A DNA stretch of 64,000 nucleotides, from the NCBI RefSeq assembly GCF_009914755.1, contig NC_060937.1; one strand, written 5' to 3'. Below are positions 13,709 to 31,523 of this stretch, in pieces. Below the pieces are notes generated by a model, which did no database searches, was not told the origin of the DNA, and saw only the letters and a program-made list of their open reading frames with translations. Position 1 is the stretch's first letter. Each line of letters begins with the position of its first letter. The DNA comes from the human T2T-CHM13v2.0 reference genome, Homo sapiens. A program made the position numbers and the translations under genes.

Positions 13709-14534
13709 TCAAAAAAATAAACTTAAGTATTTTTCCCTGATAGACTGTGCTGTAACATTGTGCCTGTAATAATAATCTTCAACACAACTTGTCCACACAC
13801 TCAAGTCATGTGCTCCACACACCCAGCCTGAGGCTTGCCACGTGGCATATCAAGGCAATAAAACAAAATAAAGCAAAAACCACATTTTTTATTTGCTATT
13901 CCAGAACATGGGACAAACATAAAAGGACTTTTTTAAAATTATAAATGCCTTAAAAATATTTATAAACTTTATGTTTTTGAGCTACTTTAATTTTGATTTT
14001 GGTTTCTTTGTTTGTTTTTTACACTTAAGCACTCTTTTGGCACAACTTGCCATATTGGTAAACTCACTTTGTTACCTTAAACCATACACATGTTTACATA
14101 TATCTTCTAAGTTAATTTTTTATAAGTAATAAAGAATCATAGTTGAAATATGTTTCCTTAAATGTAGAAAATTTCTAAAGTTCCAAGTTCTGAACAGAGA
14201 ATACTTCAAAGAAAGGAGAGGTGAAGGCTTTCACTATAGTATTCACAAATGGAAAAGAAGTGTTGACAAGCCGGATGCTGACATTGGCAGGAAAGTGTAG
14301 GTACTACAGCAGAACAGTTCCCAGGACGCTCAGTCCACACGCCAACTACAGCACTCCCTGCGCCCCCTGCGCTCGGCAATTTCCAGGTAGGCTGAGAGTA
14401 AGGGTAGCAAAGAAACCTGGTCAGATACCCCTCAGCCTGTGAATCAGCATTCTGCCTTTGAGGAGCAGTGAGGTCAGGTCAAAAGAGCTTCTTGGAAGTT
14501 TATTTTCCATTAGTTGTCTTAAGAAGAAAAGAAA

Positions 14535-14876
<342 letters not shown>

Positions 14877-17334
14877 TCATTTACAGTTCCTAACATTCCA
14901 GTCATCCATTACTTCTTACCTAGGTAACCTGTGTGAGTCAGTACACCCTGGACCTCAACTTCCATGGATGCACTAGGGCAGTGATGATACTGCTGATCAC
15001 CACTAAGGCGCTAAAGAAATGTTAATTAGAAGCTTTTCAATTGTCCTAAAGAGTACACAAAATATGTCATACCAGAAATATGTTTCCTCTGAGGGTCTTT
15101 TAGTTTTGTCACCCATATTTTAAAGATTTATTGGAAGGAAATCTTTTCAAAGGAAATTGAAGCAAAAGGGCTAGAAGTTCGCATAATGTTAAGATAATAG
15201 TTATGACATAAAAAATTCATAATAGTCCAAAAATTAGAACCAAGCATTTGGCAAAAGTACTAAGATATTTTTCCTCCTATTCTGAGATATGCACATGGTT
15301 CATATCTGCATCATCATACATATTCAATAAAAATGAAAATGCAAAAATTAACAATAAGGTAGACCTGGTCAGTCTACCTCAGAAGAGCTACAAGAGCAAT
15401 TATTTATTTATTTATTTATTTTTAATAGGAAGGCTGAATGAACTAGTAAATAATCTCGGAATAAAAAGATCAACCAAGATTGGAAATAAATAATTGACGT
15501 TTGTTTATAAAGGCAGATTAAAATCCAATTTTAAAAAATCCGATTAGGTCTACGTGGGAGGGAAGAAACATACCTGAGTGATAGGGACCAAATGTAATTT
15601 TAAATAAATGTGAGATAAGAAATACAAATAACACATGGAATTAACTAAAAATAAAGTTCTTATTTGTATTACGATAAATACCAAATTTACACTGAATGTC
15701 ATTAATTTAAATATTTATAATACAGCACTAAAAGCAAAGATGTGTTCTAATATCATTTGTAATAATATTACAACTTAATGGTTAAAACTGAATAGAAAAT
15801 GTTAACTAACTGCTAAAAATTTGAAGCTTGTACATGGGGAAATTGTTCTGTCTTATAACTTCACGTTTACATATGTGAATAAAAATATTCACAGAATTTT
15901 TCCTGTATTTGCTATCCACATTCTTCAGTAAGCTTCCAAAGCCTGAAAACATGTTTAAAATTGAAATTTGTTCAACTGGTTTAGGTTTTTTTTTTCCAAT
16001 GTGCTACAGATTCCAGTTTAAAGGTTAAACTAAAATTAAAAATCATTTTTCATGTATTAAGTTATGCTGCCAAGAAAGCTCTGTACTGTATATTCCTACT
16101 TTTCCAGCATTTCCAATGTAGACCAGAACTCTACAGAGGTGAGAGAAGAATATGAGAAAATTGTAACCAATTAACTTTTAAAACACTGTTGATTTCCAGT
16201 TACTGACTTTCAGTGTGCTCAGCATTTTTCTTGTTATGAAGACAGGATTGATAACTTCCAAGCTCTTTACAAGCAGAAACAGAAACCAGAAGTCAAAAAA
16301 GCTTCGTTTTGATTTAAGATATAGATCAAAAATAGTACAGATAAATGAACATATTTGATTAGAACGAGTTTTAAATTAATGTCTACAAAGACGTGGTTCT
16401 CTGCTTACATGTGGTCTAGTCTGCCTGGTCACAATTTGGCTTATGCATCACTAACAGCACAGGATGAAAAGGCCGTCATTAGCACAGAGAGAGGCTGAAT
16501 TGTGATGGGGCGATTCTCCTGGTGGACCCCAAGACATTATGTCAGAATAATGCATTATAAGTCATTTTCCCCACCAACAACTTTTTCTATTTACGTTTTA
16601 ATATTTGCCTGTTTTCTTTTCTGCTTGATTTTAACAACTAACTGCAAGGCAACATTAGATACAGACAACATACTTAGAATAGTGGCGAAAGAGGAAGGAA
16701 AACGGTCATTCACGGAATATGGTTCAAGTACCCATTACATAATAGCACAACAAACTTAATCAAAGCCAGAGAGCTTTGGGCAGCTGTGATCTGGCCTGCT
16801 TATGCCTGGAATAAAATGTCTTTCCGCGCTCTCATTAGGCACATTGGCAAGACGGCTGCACCAGGCCAGAGCTCATTTGGCCAGCAATCATACCTTTCTA
16901 GCAAGTATCTGGGCTAACGACCTCAAGAGAGCAATCAGACATTTGTGCTGTGGCTGATGGAGTAATACTGACTGGCTATTCCTGACTGGGAGGAATACAG
17001 AAAAATCATCCCTGGAAACACTAGCTAAACTCTAACATGCAGAGAAATATGGAGCAATTGGCAATTATTTAAAACTTTAATAGTATTTTATTTAATTCAC
17101 TATTCAGAAGGTATAACTCACTGTTCTTGTTCATCAACCAATGCAGGGTATTCATAAGTCTTTTTGTAGAGTGTAGGTGTTCGTCTTACAAATCACTTTG
17201 CAGCCAGGTGTTTGAGCTTCAATGACCTCCATTTAAATCTGAGGAAATATCTAAAATGATTTTTATTTTAAGTTTTTGTACTTTAATTTTATTTTTAATT
17301 TTAAGTACACTTATTTCAGATGTAAAGACTTTTT

Positions 17335-17552
17335 TGTTATTTTATTATGTTATTATTTTTATTTTATTTTTAAATTTAAGTTCTGGGATACATGTGCAGA
17401 ATGTGCAGGTTTGTTACATAGGTATGCATGTGGCATGATGGTTTGCTGCACCTATTGACCCATCATCTAGGTTTTAAGCCCCACATGCACTAGGTATTTG
17501 TCCTCATGCTCTCCCTCCCCTTCCCTCCCACCCCCTGACAGGCCCTGGTGTG
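17335..17552 (-). mobile_element. L1PA8-like 3' terminal fragment
   Basis: aagttctgggatacatgtgcagaatgtgcaggtttgttacatagg...ttttaagccccacatgcactaggtatttgtcc is an antisense L1PA 3'UTR end. Confidence 0.85.
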
Positions 17553-17831
17553 TATTTTGTTATTTTTTGAGACAGGGTTTGGCTCTGTCACCCAGGATGG
17601 AATGCAGTGGTGCCATCTCGGCTCACTTCAATCTCCGCCTGGGATTACAGGCGGATGAGGAGCTGGGACTACAGGCACTCACTACCACGCCTGGTTAATT
17701 TTTGTATTTCTTGTAGAGACCAGGTTTCGCCATGTTGCTCAGGCTGGCCTTGAAGTCCTGAGCTCAAGCGGTCCACCCACCTTGGCCACCTAAAGTGTTG
17801 GGATTACAGGTGTGAGCCACCACACCTGGCC
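17553..17831 (-). mobile_element. AluJ-like SINE with internal rearrangement in the right arm
   Basis: Reverse Alu with gctcaagcggtcc; aberrant segment at 17640-17660. Confidence 0.85.
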
Positions 17832-17844
17832 TGGAATAATTTTT

Positions 17845-18148
17845 TTCTTTTCTTTTTTTTTTTTTTTTGAGACGGAATCTTGCTCTGTTGCCAGGCTAGG
17901 GTGCGGTGGCTGGATCTCAGCTCGCTGCAATCTCCGCCTCCCGTGTTAAAGTGATTCTCCTGCCTCAGCCTCCCGAGTAGCTGCGACTACAGGTCCCTGC
18001 CACCACGCCCAGCTGATTTTTGTATTTTTAGTAGAGATGGGGGTTTCACCATGTTGGCCAGACTGGTCTTGATCTCCTGACCTCGTGATCCGCCCGCCTC
18101 AGCCTCCCAAAGTGCTGGGATTACAGGCATGAGCCACCGCACCCGGCC
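17845..18148 (-). mobile_element. AluS (Sc-like) with 18-bp TSD
   Basis: TSD tggcctggaataattttt at 17827-17844 and 18149-18166. Confidence 0.95.
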
Positions 18149-21100
18149 TGGCCTGGAATAATTTTTAAAGAAAAAATTATTGTTATTGTTTGTTGACAAA
18201 ATCCGGCATTATATACCTGACGGTTTTTATGAACCTCTGTACTAGATTCATTCAACAAGATTAGGAATGAGAGGGCAGGTCAAACGTTGTCTCTTATTGG
18301 GACATGAAGAAATGGAGTTGAATGTTGTATCCAACTCTCTTACTTGGTTAATCTTGTCACTTTCTGCCTTCTCATCACTGGTGGTTACTTATTGGTTGGA
18401 AGGAAATAAGTATCTCCTATGATAGTTGTGTTTCGTAATTCTCTTATAGTTGAATAAATTTGCTATTGCCTAATGGACGCTTATAAAATATCCAGCACAA
18501 ATCATTGAAGTTAAAGAGGCACAAGGACATTTTATCATCTACATAGACATTTTAGCAAGACAATTCTTTCATTTGGCCTATTTAATTTTTCCAGCCTTTT
18601 AACCCTTATGTTTTGACCTAGAATTCACAACTACCTCATACTGCAAAAAGAGACAACAATCAAAAGGCTAATATTCAAGGTTTTAATCTTATTTGCACGA
18701 CAAATTCAAGTCCAACAATACCTCTTGTCTCCTTTTATCTCAAAGCTTTAATTTTAGGGAGACACAGATTCTGTACAATGTAGGTTATACCATTGTTTAT
18801 CTCATTTTATTGGAAAAATGCAGTATTTATAAAAGTTTGTCCAAATTTTAAAGTTTAAAGTTGTTTATCCTTTTTGTCCCTTTGTAGATTGTAAACTCCA
18901 TGAAAGCAGCCACTCTGTGTTGGTCACCACCATATTCCTAGGGCCTGGGCCAGTGCCTGGCAGATGAAACACAGGTATGTTAATCTGGACAAAACATAAA
19001 ATGTAGATTAAATGGGCAAAGGAAAGTAACAAAGCAGAGAGAGGTCAGGGAGAGGGGCTGGTGGAAATATTCAAAGAGGAAACACATGTAAAAGGGAAGA
19101 GTGTGTTGGACCATGTGAAGAGCCACAATTATAGAGGTCAGCAGACTTTGAAAGCCGGCCAGTCTGCTCATCTGCCATCCTGGAGGGTCTCCAGGAGGGG
19201 ACTATCCAGATTAATTTCCATGAATGGTGCCCGAGGCCAGTTGGTGACCCACACCAGCTGCCAGAGCTCCCGAGGCTGCAGACCTGCTTTGCTGACTAAG
19301 GATGCCCCAGGCCCTCATTGCCAGACTCAGCCACCTCCCTTGAGAGGTGCTGCATTCCCCACATCCCTTCCCACAGTATCTATCACGCATTGCTAGCTCA
19401 ATGGCTCCACTTGTCTCCAGACACTGGCTTCCATTTCCTCTGCAGATGCCCATTTCATGGCCTCATGTGACCCTTCTCCCACGTCGGTCCTCAGAAATGT
19501 GGGCCAATGGGTTGTTTTACCCTCTATGTCGAGAAATTCCTCTAGGTCCAGCCGTGCAGGCACTGACAAAGCTGCTTTGGCCTCCCCTCTGCCCTGCCCT
19601 TGTCCTGGTGATTCTTTTATACCAGTCCTGATGCTGGCTTTGACTTTAGAGCCATTGCTTGTGTAGCTTCAGTGTTCACATGGCATTTGCAGGAGGTGGG
19701 ACACCATCGTCCTCCACCTCAGCATCCCAAACGTTAGAATATCATCACATTCATTAAAGTGGCTGAGACTTGTCATGAATTGCTGTGGGTCAGGCTTGGC
19801 TCATTTAATCCTCACTGACACCTTAGTACTACAAACACCATTTTACTGATACAGAAAGCGAGTTAAGCCATTTGCTAAGGTCGCATGGCAAGGAAGTGCT
19901 ACTGTGGGTTGGATCCTGCCCTCCATGCAAGCTTAATCCCCTGTCCCTATCAGGCTTTCTTTGTGTGGAGGAAGTTCAGGTGCTATTATCAGGTGCATTT
20001 TCTTGGACTCTGAGAACCCAGGCTCCTTCCTGCGGTTTCTGAGGTAAGGGGTGGGGCTCTGAGATGCCTTCAGTCCCTGGAAGAGCCAAGCATAGGCTGG
20101 GTTTGAAGTTCATGTTGTTGCATGATTATTAACCACAACCAATAGACATGAGCATCTTGTTTGGGGCCATTATTGTTATGAACTTCTAAGTCAGGGTAAG
20201 GTCTCAGCTTCATTTTCCTGCTACTATTATGGAGATCCTTGGGTGCTTAGCCCCTCTTTGTCGCTTGGAGAAAAACCTCATGTTTTGGTATGATTAGCTT
20301 CTGAGCAGAGCGATGGTGGTCTGGGCCCCATTAGACAGCTCCAACCCATGGAAGCCACAGACAACTGTTGGCCACAAACCCAGAACAGTCATAACTTTGA
20401 ACTTCCTAGGACTGTCACAGATTACACAGATGGAGAGAAACATCCTGTTACACACCAGGCCTTTCTCTATTTCAGTTCTCCACCAACACACTGGCAAGTC
20501 GTTCTTATCACTCTTACATTAAAAATGAAAAGACTGTGGCTTAATGAGACTAAACACATCCCTGAGTTCACCCAGAGTGGATGTCTGGAGCGGCATTCCA
20601 ATGAATCCGTGCTCGCCTCCACAGACTATGTTCTTTCCACTCTGCCATGCATGTCTGAACTTTCTGAAACTTTTCTTGGCTTGGTTTTGAGGAATTTGAA
20701 CAAATTCCTGTCTGGTATACTTTGTGAGAGCAAAAATTCTGCTTTTAAAGTTAAACAGACTAGCCCAAGAAAAGGGAAGGGAGGAGGGGTGAAATTTCCT
20801 TCCTGCATTTTGGATTAGCAATAGTTCTTCTGTGCTTTTGCTTGGGTTGAGGAGAACATTTCTCTGCCTTCTCTGCACTCTTAGCTCCTCAAATGATTGT
20901 CCAACAAGAGTAGGTAAAGATAGTTTTAAATATTCTTAGAGTTCTAACCAAAATCCGATATTTAAAATTTAAAAAGCAGCAAGATTTTAATTATTTTCAC
21001 TAATCTGTTAGGTAAATCAGAACAATATAAAATTTAGCAGTGACTCTGGTTTAGCTTTTGGGTGTATTGGGTGTACCTTTTGGATATTCCATACGATTAC

Positions 21101-21289
21101 TGAAATTCTAACTATGGCTTTGTTCTGTGTTAAAAATGTAATCATTTGAGAAATATAAAATAGAGAAATTAGTTTATAACAATAAATTTGTTTTGACTTC
21201 AATAAATGAAGTCAAATTTCATGGCTTCATTTTTGGAATATATTTATAATGGACTGGGCATTTTGTCCTTTGGTTATTTAAGCCTGTAG

Positions 21290-21700
21290 TAGATATTGCT
21301 GCTTGCGACTCTAGACTCATTCTTCTCTTCTTCCTGGGCGCATGGCTGCTCAGTGAGGGAATATGTTTCCTAGAATTTCCTGCAAGGAGTTGTGGCCTTG
21401 TGACAAAGTTCTTCCTGATGTATGCAACTCCCAAGCCATCTACAAAAACTCCTTCCCTGGACTCATTTTTCCCTTCCCTTCCACCAGCTAGAAATAGAGA
21501 AGCCAAGGACAGACTTGGAGAGTAAGTGTTGAGTTTGGCAGAGATGCCACAGAGGCCTGCACTTTGGGATGACTTCATGGGGCCCAGCTCATCCAAATAC
21601 CCACATACCCAGGATGGCAGCTTCAGAAAGAAATCAACTTGTGTCTTGCTTGAGCCATTGTGTTGTGAGTTCTCTCTTTAAAGCTTACTTTACCCCAACT
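21290..21700 (+). mobile_element. Old LTR remnant (MLT1/LTR16-like)
   Basis: ttcttcctgggcgcatggctg...tgtggccttgtgacaaagttc...cttgcttgagccattgtgttgtgag. Heavily diverged. Confidence 0.45.
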
Positions 21701-22974
21701 ATTACATAGACTGAGACTCAAAGTAGCTATGGTCCGTGGGCCCAGTTCTCAGAAACGGCTGATGTTCACAAGGATGTCTGTTTGGAAAAAATATGCTAAC
21801 TAAAAATTATTGACATACAGACATTTTAGGATTTCACACAAGTATATGAAGCAGATTGGACGGTTCAGGGAAACAAAACAAGGCAAAGTTCCAACTGATG
21901 TCTGATAAAACAGCTCTTTTTTTCTCACAAAAGCCACTCTACTAACCTTGCCCTAAGTTACTGGCATACCAAGACACAGAAATTCACACTTCATACCTAC
22001 ACTTAGCCCGAAGAATGAACTCCACCCATAGATCTAAAATAACAAGGTAAAATGTACAATTTAATGTCACATAAAGATTTGCTTAAGATTCTTTGAAATG
22101 TTCAAAGGAGATACTTTGAATATGAGATTGTTACTTTTTAAATATAGGGTTTTGGTTTCATGACTAATGGTATGATTCAACAACATGGAGCAATAAATTA
22201 TTTCTCAAGAAAAAGCATTATACTTTAATTTGTCCCATTTCAAGGCTTTAAAAATCTTGCCAAAATAATGCTATTTTTACCAAATAAAATGTTAAAATAC
22301 AGGCAAAGTCTTAAGAATAATACACACACACACACAATTCAACATTACTAAACTCAGACATACCAAAGAAATTCACATTCTTGAAAGGACTACCAAGCCT
22401 GCATCTTGTTATTCTAGGCAAACAAATATGAGAAATATTTAGTACTGGAATAGGAAGTATTTTGGCAAGTTTTTGCAAGTGCTTTGACCTCACAGTTCAT
22501 GACCATAATGAATGGCCACCTCAGTGATATAAATCAGACACCACATAGTTTGATAAAATGTAGGGATACATTTCCTCATCTGTCAATCAAAGCATGCTCA
22601 TTGGCCACTTCAGCACATCAACCACCCCATATTCATTTTGTCTATTGGCAAATAATTCCTAAGACAGTCTGTCTTAAATTTCAGCAAGACTCTAGTGTAA
22701 TGCCTTGTGGTTTGAGTGAAATTCACATCATGTAACCAAGCTTTTGCAAATTTGATCATTTTACTTTATGGAAAATATTTTCATCTCAGCCATTGTTGAC
22801 TTTGTATTCTTGACAAGAATTAAGCAAGTCTCATTGATCCTTTACTGTGTCAAAGAAAACAATTTTAAAAAAATTGAGCATGTGTAGTTTTCATTATTCA
22901 ATCATGTTTTCTGTTTTGACATAAAAAGTGAAAAAATTCTACCAGCTATAGCATTTTCAATCTAATCACATTAC

Positions 22975-23862
22975 TGGAACTTAACATGTAATGAAACCGA
23001 GATCCTCATATTTCCCCTCAAACATGCTCTTCTGGAAGTTAATGGCAAGTCTATCTAATCACTGAGGCCAGAAGCTTTAGAATGATCTTTTCCTTTTAAC
23101 ACACAGCCAATCTCTTAGTAAATCCCATAAAGTAAACATGAACACTATATTCAGCATCTTCTGTGACCTCCACTGCTACCACCTTTGTCCAAGCCACTGC
23201 CATCTCTCGCCTGGACTCTTAGGACAGTCTCTTCTGTCATTGCTTCCCTTGATTCTATTCTCTGCCCAGCAAGCAGAGTTGTCCTGATCAGTTTTGTCTC
23301 GCCTCTACTCAAAATGCTCCACGGGCTTTCCATCTCATTTAAAAGGAATAGCCAAGGTCATTACGTTGCCCTGGAAGGCTCTACGTGATCCATTCCTTGT
23401 TACCTTTCCAATCGTATTCCCTTTCTCTTTCTCCATAGCTTCATTCAAGACCTGTTGGCCTCCTCATATGAGGAGGAGAGCATGGGGCATGCTTCCTTCT
23501 CAAGGCCTTTGCAAGGGCTGTTCCCGATGCCCTGCACACTCTTCCCCAGAGAGCCATGTGACTTGCCCCTTCCCAACTACTACATTTTCCTTGAAGGGAC
23601 ACCTTCATGGCCACCTTATCTGAAACTGCAATTCCTGCTCACACCTTCCCCTCTCTTTGTCTGCTTTCCTTTTCTCCTTGACACTTATTACTATGTAGCA
23701 TGCTATTTATTTTACTTACTTATTTTCATTATTTCCTGTTTCCTTTGGTAGAATTTGTAAACTCCATGAAAGCAAGGATTTTTTCTCTGTTTTTCACTGT
23801 TGTGATCAAATGCCTAGCACATAGTGGGTCCTCAATAAACTATTTTTGAATATTGAATGGAT
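22975..23862 (+). mobile_element. L2 LINE 3' portion
   Basis: cactgccatctctcgcctggac...tgtaaactccatgaaagcaagga...gcctagcacatagtgggtcctcaataaactatttttgaa. Confidence 0.8.
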
Positions 23863-23980
23863 AAAATATTTTCCCATATAATCAATTGACCAGGAAGGAA
23901 ACTGATAGAAAAATAGTAAAGAAACACATTCACATATAATGGAAATAAAGTCAGAACTGAATCAGAAAATAGGATATTCA

Positions 23981-27420
<3,440 letters not shown>

Positions 27421-30400
27421 TGTATATAGGGAATGATTAAAAAAACTGTCATTAGGCATTAGCTAGCTGCATCAATCAGAGACACGGAAAACAAACATAT
27501 GAGTACATGTGAAATTTTGGAGCAAGGGCCAGACTAATGTAGGAATAGGTGGCATTTTCCTAATATGCTTATTCTATGGCAGATGGTTCCTATATTTTAC
27601 AGCCTGAATAGTTCCGTCACTGTGAATTCTCTATCTCTAGTAAAATACAATCATATTTGGGGACTAGCTGTACATACCACAGCACCTCTTATTTCCACAA
27701 TATCACCCACATAAACCCAGGAATCACTCAGTTCTCTATTCTCGATATTCGAACAAATGCACAGGACAATTTTTCAAATGAATACAAAATGCAAATTATA
27801 CTGAACAAAAAGAATTTCATGTCAAAGATCCTCCCACTAATAAGGCTTTGATTCAGCCTTTAAGTTTCATTAAAACCCAGCAGCAGCAGACTCCTGTACA
27901 AAGGCAGGTGAGCAAAGCTTTGTATTTAACGTGTCATTTGGATGCGTATGAAATCTGTTGACTTGCCTGTACTTAAGTTCATACCTGAGAGTGTACTTGT
28001 TAGTTGGTTCCCACTGGCGGGAAGAGGACAATGCTGGCGAGATACTAAAGTGATGCTGCCTGAATGTACCTCCAGTGAGATGCTAAGGAAGGGCTTTTCG
28101 AATGGGAAGAAAAGCTTTACAAAGGAAAAGGGTTAACGATGGAGAGAGGCTTTAAGGAATAAAACGTAATACAAAAATAAATAATCATTATTTGTTTAAT
28201 TAATATGTTTAATCATTATTTAATTACCAGTAAATTAACGAACTGTAATGCTAGGGAAAAATTGGTCAAAATGAGAAATATGATCATATTCACAAAATGC
28301 CAATGTGGTTTTAACTTAGAAAGAAAAATTGTCAAAACGATAAAATAATCATTAATTCTAGAAAGTCTAGATAATCTGAACACCCTTAAAGAAGAGAGCG
28401 AAAACTGTCAAGAGCCAGCAAAGGCTCACTGGGAAGGCATCAGTTCCAACCAGATTTCTTTTCCTTCTTAAAATATTTATGTATGTATGCATGCATGTAT
28501 TGATATTACAGGATCACTAGCAGTATAGATCTAGTAGCACTTAATTTCAACAAGATAGTTCATATTTTATTCTTTAGAGGAGATGAAGAAATGGTAGTAG
28601 GCCTAGATGAATTCACAGCTGACTGCACAAGCTTATCTATACTAAGTTTCTATGTAGAAATTAAGGGAGAAATTCTACATTAATTTAAGATATAAACAGC
28701 AGAAAACTTTCTTAGTAAGAATGTGTACACCACCCATTTAATATATAATCTCTCAAGAAAAGTCTTTAATGAAACTAATCTATGCTTTTAAACTAGTGTC
28801 TAATCATAATGATTAATATCAAGTAATCATTAATAAGAATTGATCTAATGGTGTTTCTTAAATATAGTAAACACAAACACTAGAAAGCATATACTTAGAA
28901 ATACCAGACTCTTTTACCCTAAGAGGGTAAAAATGAAACATCACTACTGAGGTGAGTGTTCAGAGTTGGTAAGACTTGACTCCTCCTTTTAAGCTACCAA
29001 GCCTGTTTTTTTGTTCCTATCTGATATGCTCCTGATCTGTCTTCAGTGCCAAAATCTCCCCTGAAATGACCAGCGATGGGACAAGATATATTCTCCTCTT
29101 CCTTGCCTTCTTTCCATGTTATGCAGTGTGTTCGACTTGGAAGAGAAGTCAAGTCACCCAATACTCAAGTGACAGTTGTAGCTCTGTCACTAATGAAAGG
29201 AAAGAATCAAACTTAGTCTATAGACTAAGATACTTAGATCATATATGAGAATCCACTCTTAAAGTGTACAATGCTATTCAATAAATGTCCTTCTCATCAA
29301 AACTTAAATGCCTTGTCCTCTTCCTCTCCCACACAGCAACAGATGACAATGGTCTAATTCATCATGCTAATTAGCAAATAGATTAAATTATGTACTAATC
29401 CCTCTCAGTTTGATCAGCCCTCAATCTAACTGAAGGTCATTTATTGCCTAGAGGAGTCCTAAGTACCCAGACATTTTATGTTCATAAGTGAGAGAGACCT
29501 CACTGGTTAGGGCGACCTCCTAGGATTCCAGATTTATTCTTCACCTACAGAGCATACTGGCACCACCCACTGTATCTAAATTACCTATTTATTTCATGTG
29601 TTCAAGAACATTTTGTTTCCACATTCATCTTTCCTGACTTTCTGTCATTACTGAAAATATTATGTGAGGTCCAGCAAAGAAAGTTTCCATTTTCTTAAGT
29701 TCAAACATCAAATTTTTCTTGGATGGAAATCTTAGCCATCTGTCAGCACTCTGATTCCCTGTCAAGAATATACCCTTTTATACCTGTACTCTGGAAAATT
29801 CTTTTTTAAATTTCTTGTATACATTGCAAGGAGAAAATTAATGTTCAGTTTATATGTTCCTTGCTTTTCAAATGTTCCAAAGGTTGGGACCAGGTGACCA
29901 TCCACTCTAATCCTTACAAATTTTAAAATTATGTCTTCCTGTAGATTATCATAGAACAGATTTATGAGAAAAAAAATGCTTCACTGATAGGTGCAGATAA
30001 TTAAGTACTTTCATGATGCTAAATATAATGTATTTGATGTAGTTTTTAGATTGTTAAATGCCTTTTCATTTTAAAAATAAATCTATAATTACCTTGTATA
30101 CTTAACCTTAATTTTCCAGCTATTCTGTAAATTCTTTATTGAAATGCACAGTGTTCAATATATTTTTTTTAGCTTCATCTCCTCATCTTAGGATTTTCTA
30201 AAAATTAACCAAAGCCAAATTTTGTTTTCGAGGGATTAAATGGCTATTTCCTGAAATTGTTTAGTCAAATATTTAGAAAGTTGTTCTGAATCATTTAAGT
30301 TTGCTTCCACTTATTTTACTGTACAAAAAAGTCTTTTTAAGAAAATATAATTATTTGTATAAATAATAATGTTTGATATAGAACATCTTTACAGGTGAGG

Positions 30401-31197
30401 ACATAGAGATAATTTTATGAGATGAAGGCAAGACATTTTACTCATAAACTAGACATCCTCTGGAAATGCTATGAAAGTCAAGGAAGAATTTTGATCTGAT
30501 TCACCCTCCTTAGCCATTGGCTTGCCAATCTCCATCTGAAAAGTGCACACCAAGGACATTGTCCAGAAAAGCTAACTTCTCCCTCGTAAGCATCATTGGT
30601 TTAAACCCATAAGGTATGGTAACCATAGGGGATCCCTGATTAATTTCCTATTGTACTGCTCAGGATGGCCTCTGTGATCCACCTGATCTGGTCAATTGCA
30701 TCTTCTAACATCACTCCAGATTTCCTCCATATAACCAATTAAACTACTCCTTTAGCGACTCCTGTGATTTTGTGGTTTCTCAAACATGGACGCCCTCTCT
30801 TCCTGTTCTTTCACACCCTTACCTCTACATGGGCCAAGAGCCACTCTGAAAGCCTCAGAGATTTAGGAAGGTTATGTTTCCTCACCAGTGGCTCATCAGT
30901 GTTTGCTTTATTATAATGCTTACCTCTGCTTACATAACCCACATAAATGTTATGTGCATTTATTCTTTATATATGCATAGATTATTCCACTTTTTTTTAA
31001 AGCTAAAAACATTATCTACTTATTTTTTAACGTATTGAAATGTCAGTTCTTCCGGGATGACCCTGTGATAATAGAGGAGGGAGATCCTTTCTTTGTGGTT
31101 TTGTAGTATACAAAAGTACATTATTTACAGATATACTTGCTCAACTGGGTTTTAAATTCCTTAATCTGCTCTATCCCTTCATTACCCCTTTTCCCAT

Positions 31198-31523
31198 TGT
31201 CACAGAATCCTTAGGGTGTCACTTCACCAGCCGGAAACCTCTGTAGCCAGTGGCACGTTTGCCCAAGTTTTTCTCACCCGCTGGGCTCGTTCTGCCCACC
31301 CGGCCTGGCAGGCAGCATTTGACTTTCACTACCAGCCTGGATCCCATGCCCACCAAGGTTGAGCCAGGTGGGGAGCAGTGCGGGGTGCATGAGTGAGTGA
31401 GCATGGAGTCTGGCCATGGTGCACAGCCAGACACGCTGGCTGCGGTGGGGTGGTCAGCTCTGGGAACTGGCATGGGCGCCGGCTCCCTGCTGTGGCTAGA
31501 CCAGGCATACTGCAAGTGGTTTC
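31198..31523 (-). mobile_element. MER52-like ERV1 LTR fragment
   Basis: GC-rich island starting tgtcacagaatccttagggtgtcacttcaccagccggaaacctctgt, the recalled MER52 terminus; only ~325 nt present. Confidence 0.7.

Noticed and set aside
14910-14945. Palindrome ttacctaggtaa with donor-like TAG|GTAAGA
   Set aside because: No polypyrimidine tract or plausible upstream exon; donor-like motifs at 36215, 39372 and 53743 were dropped for the same reason.
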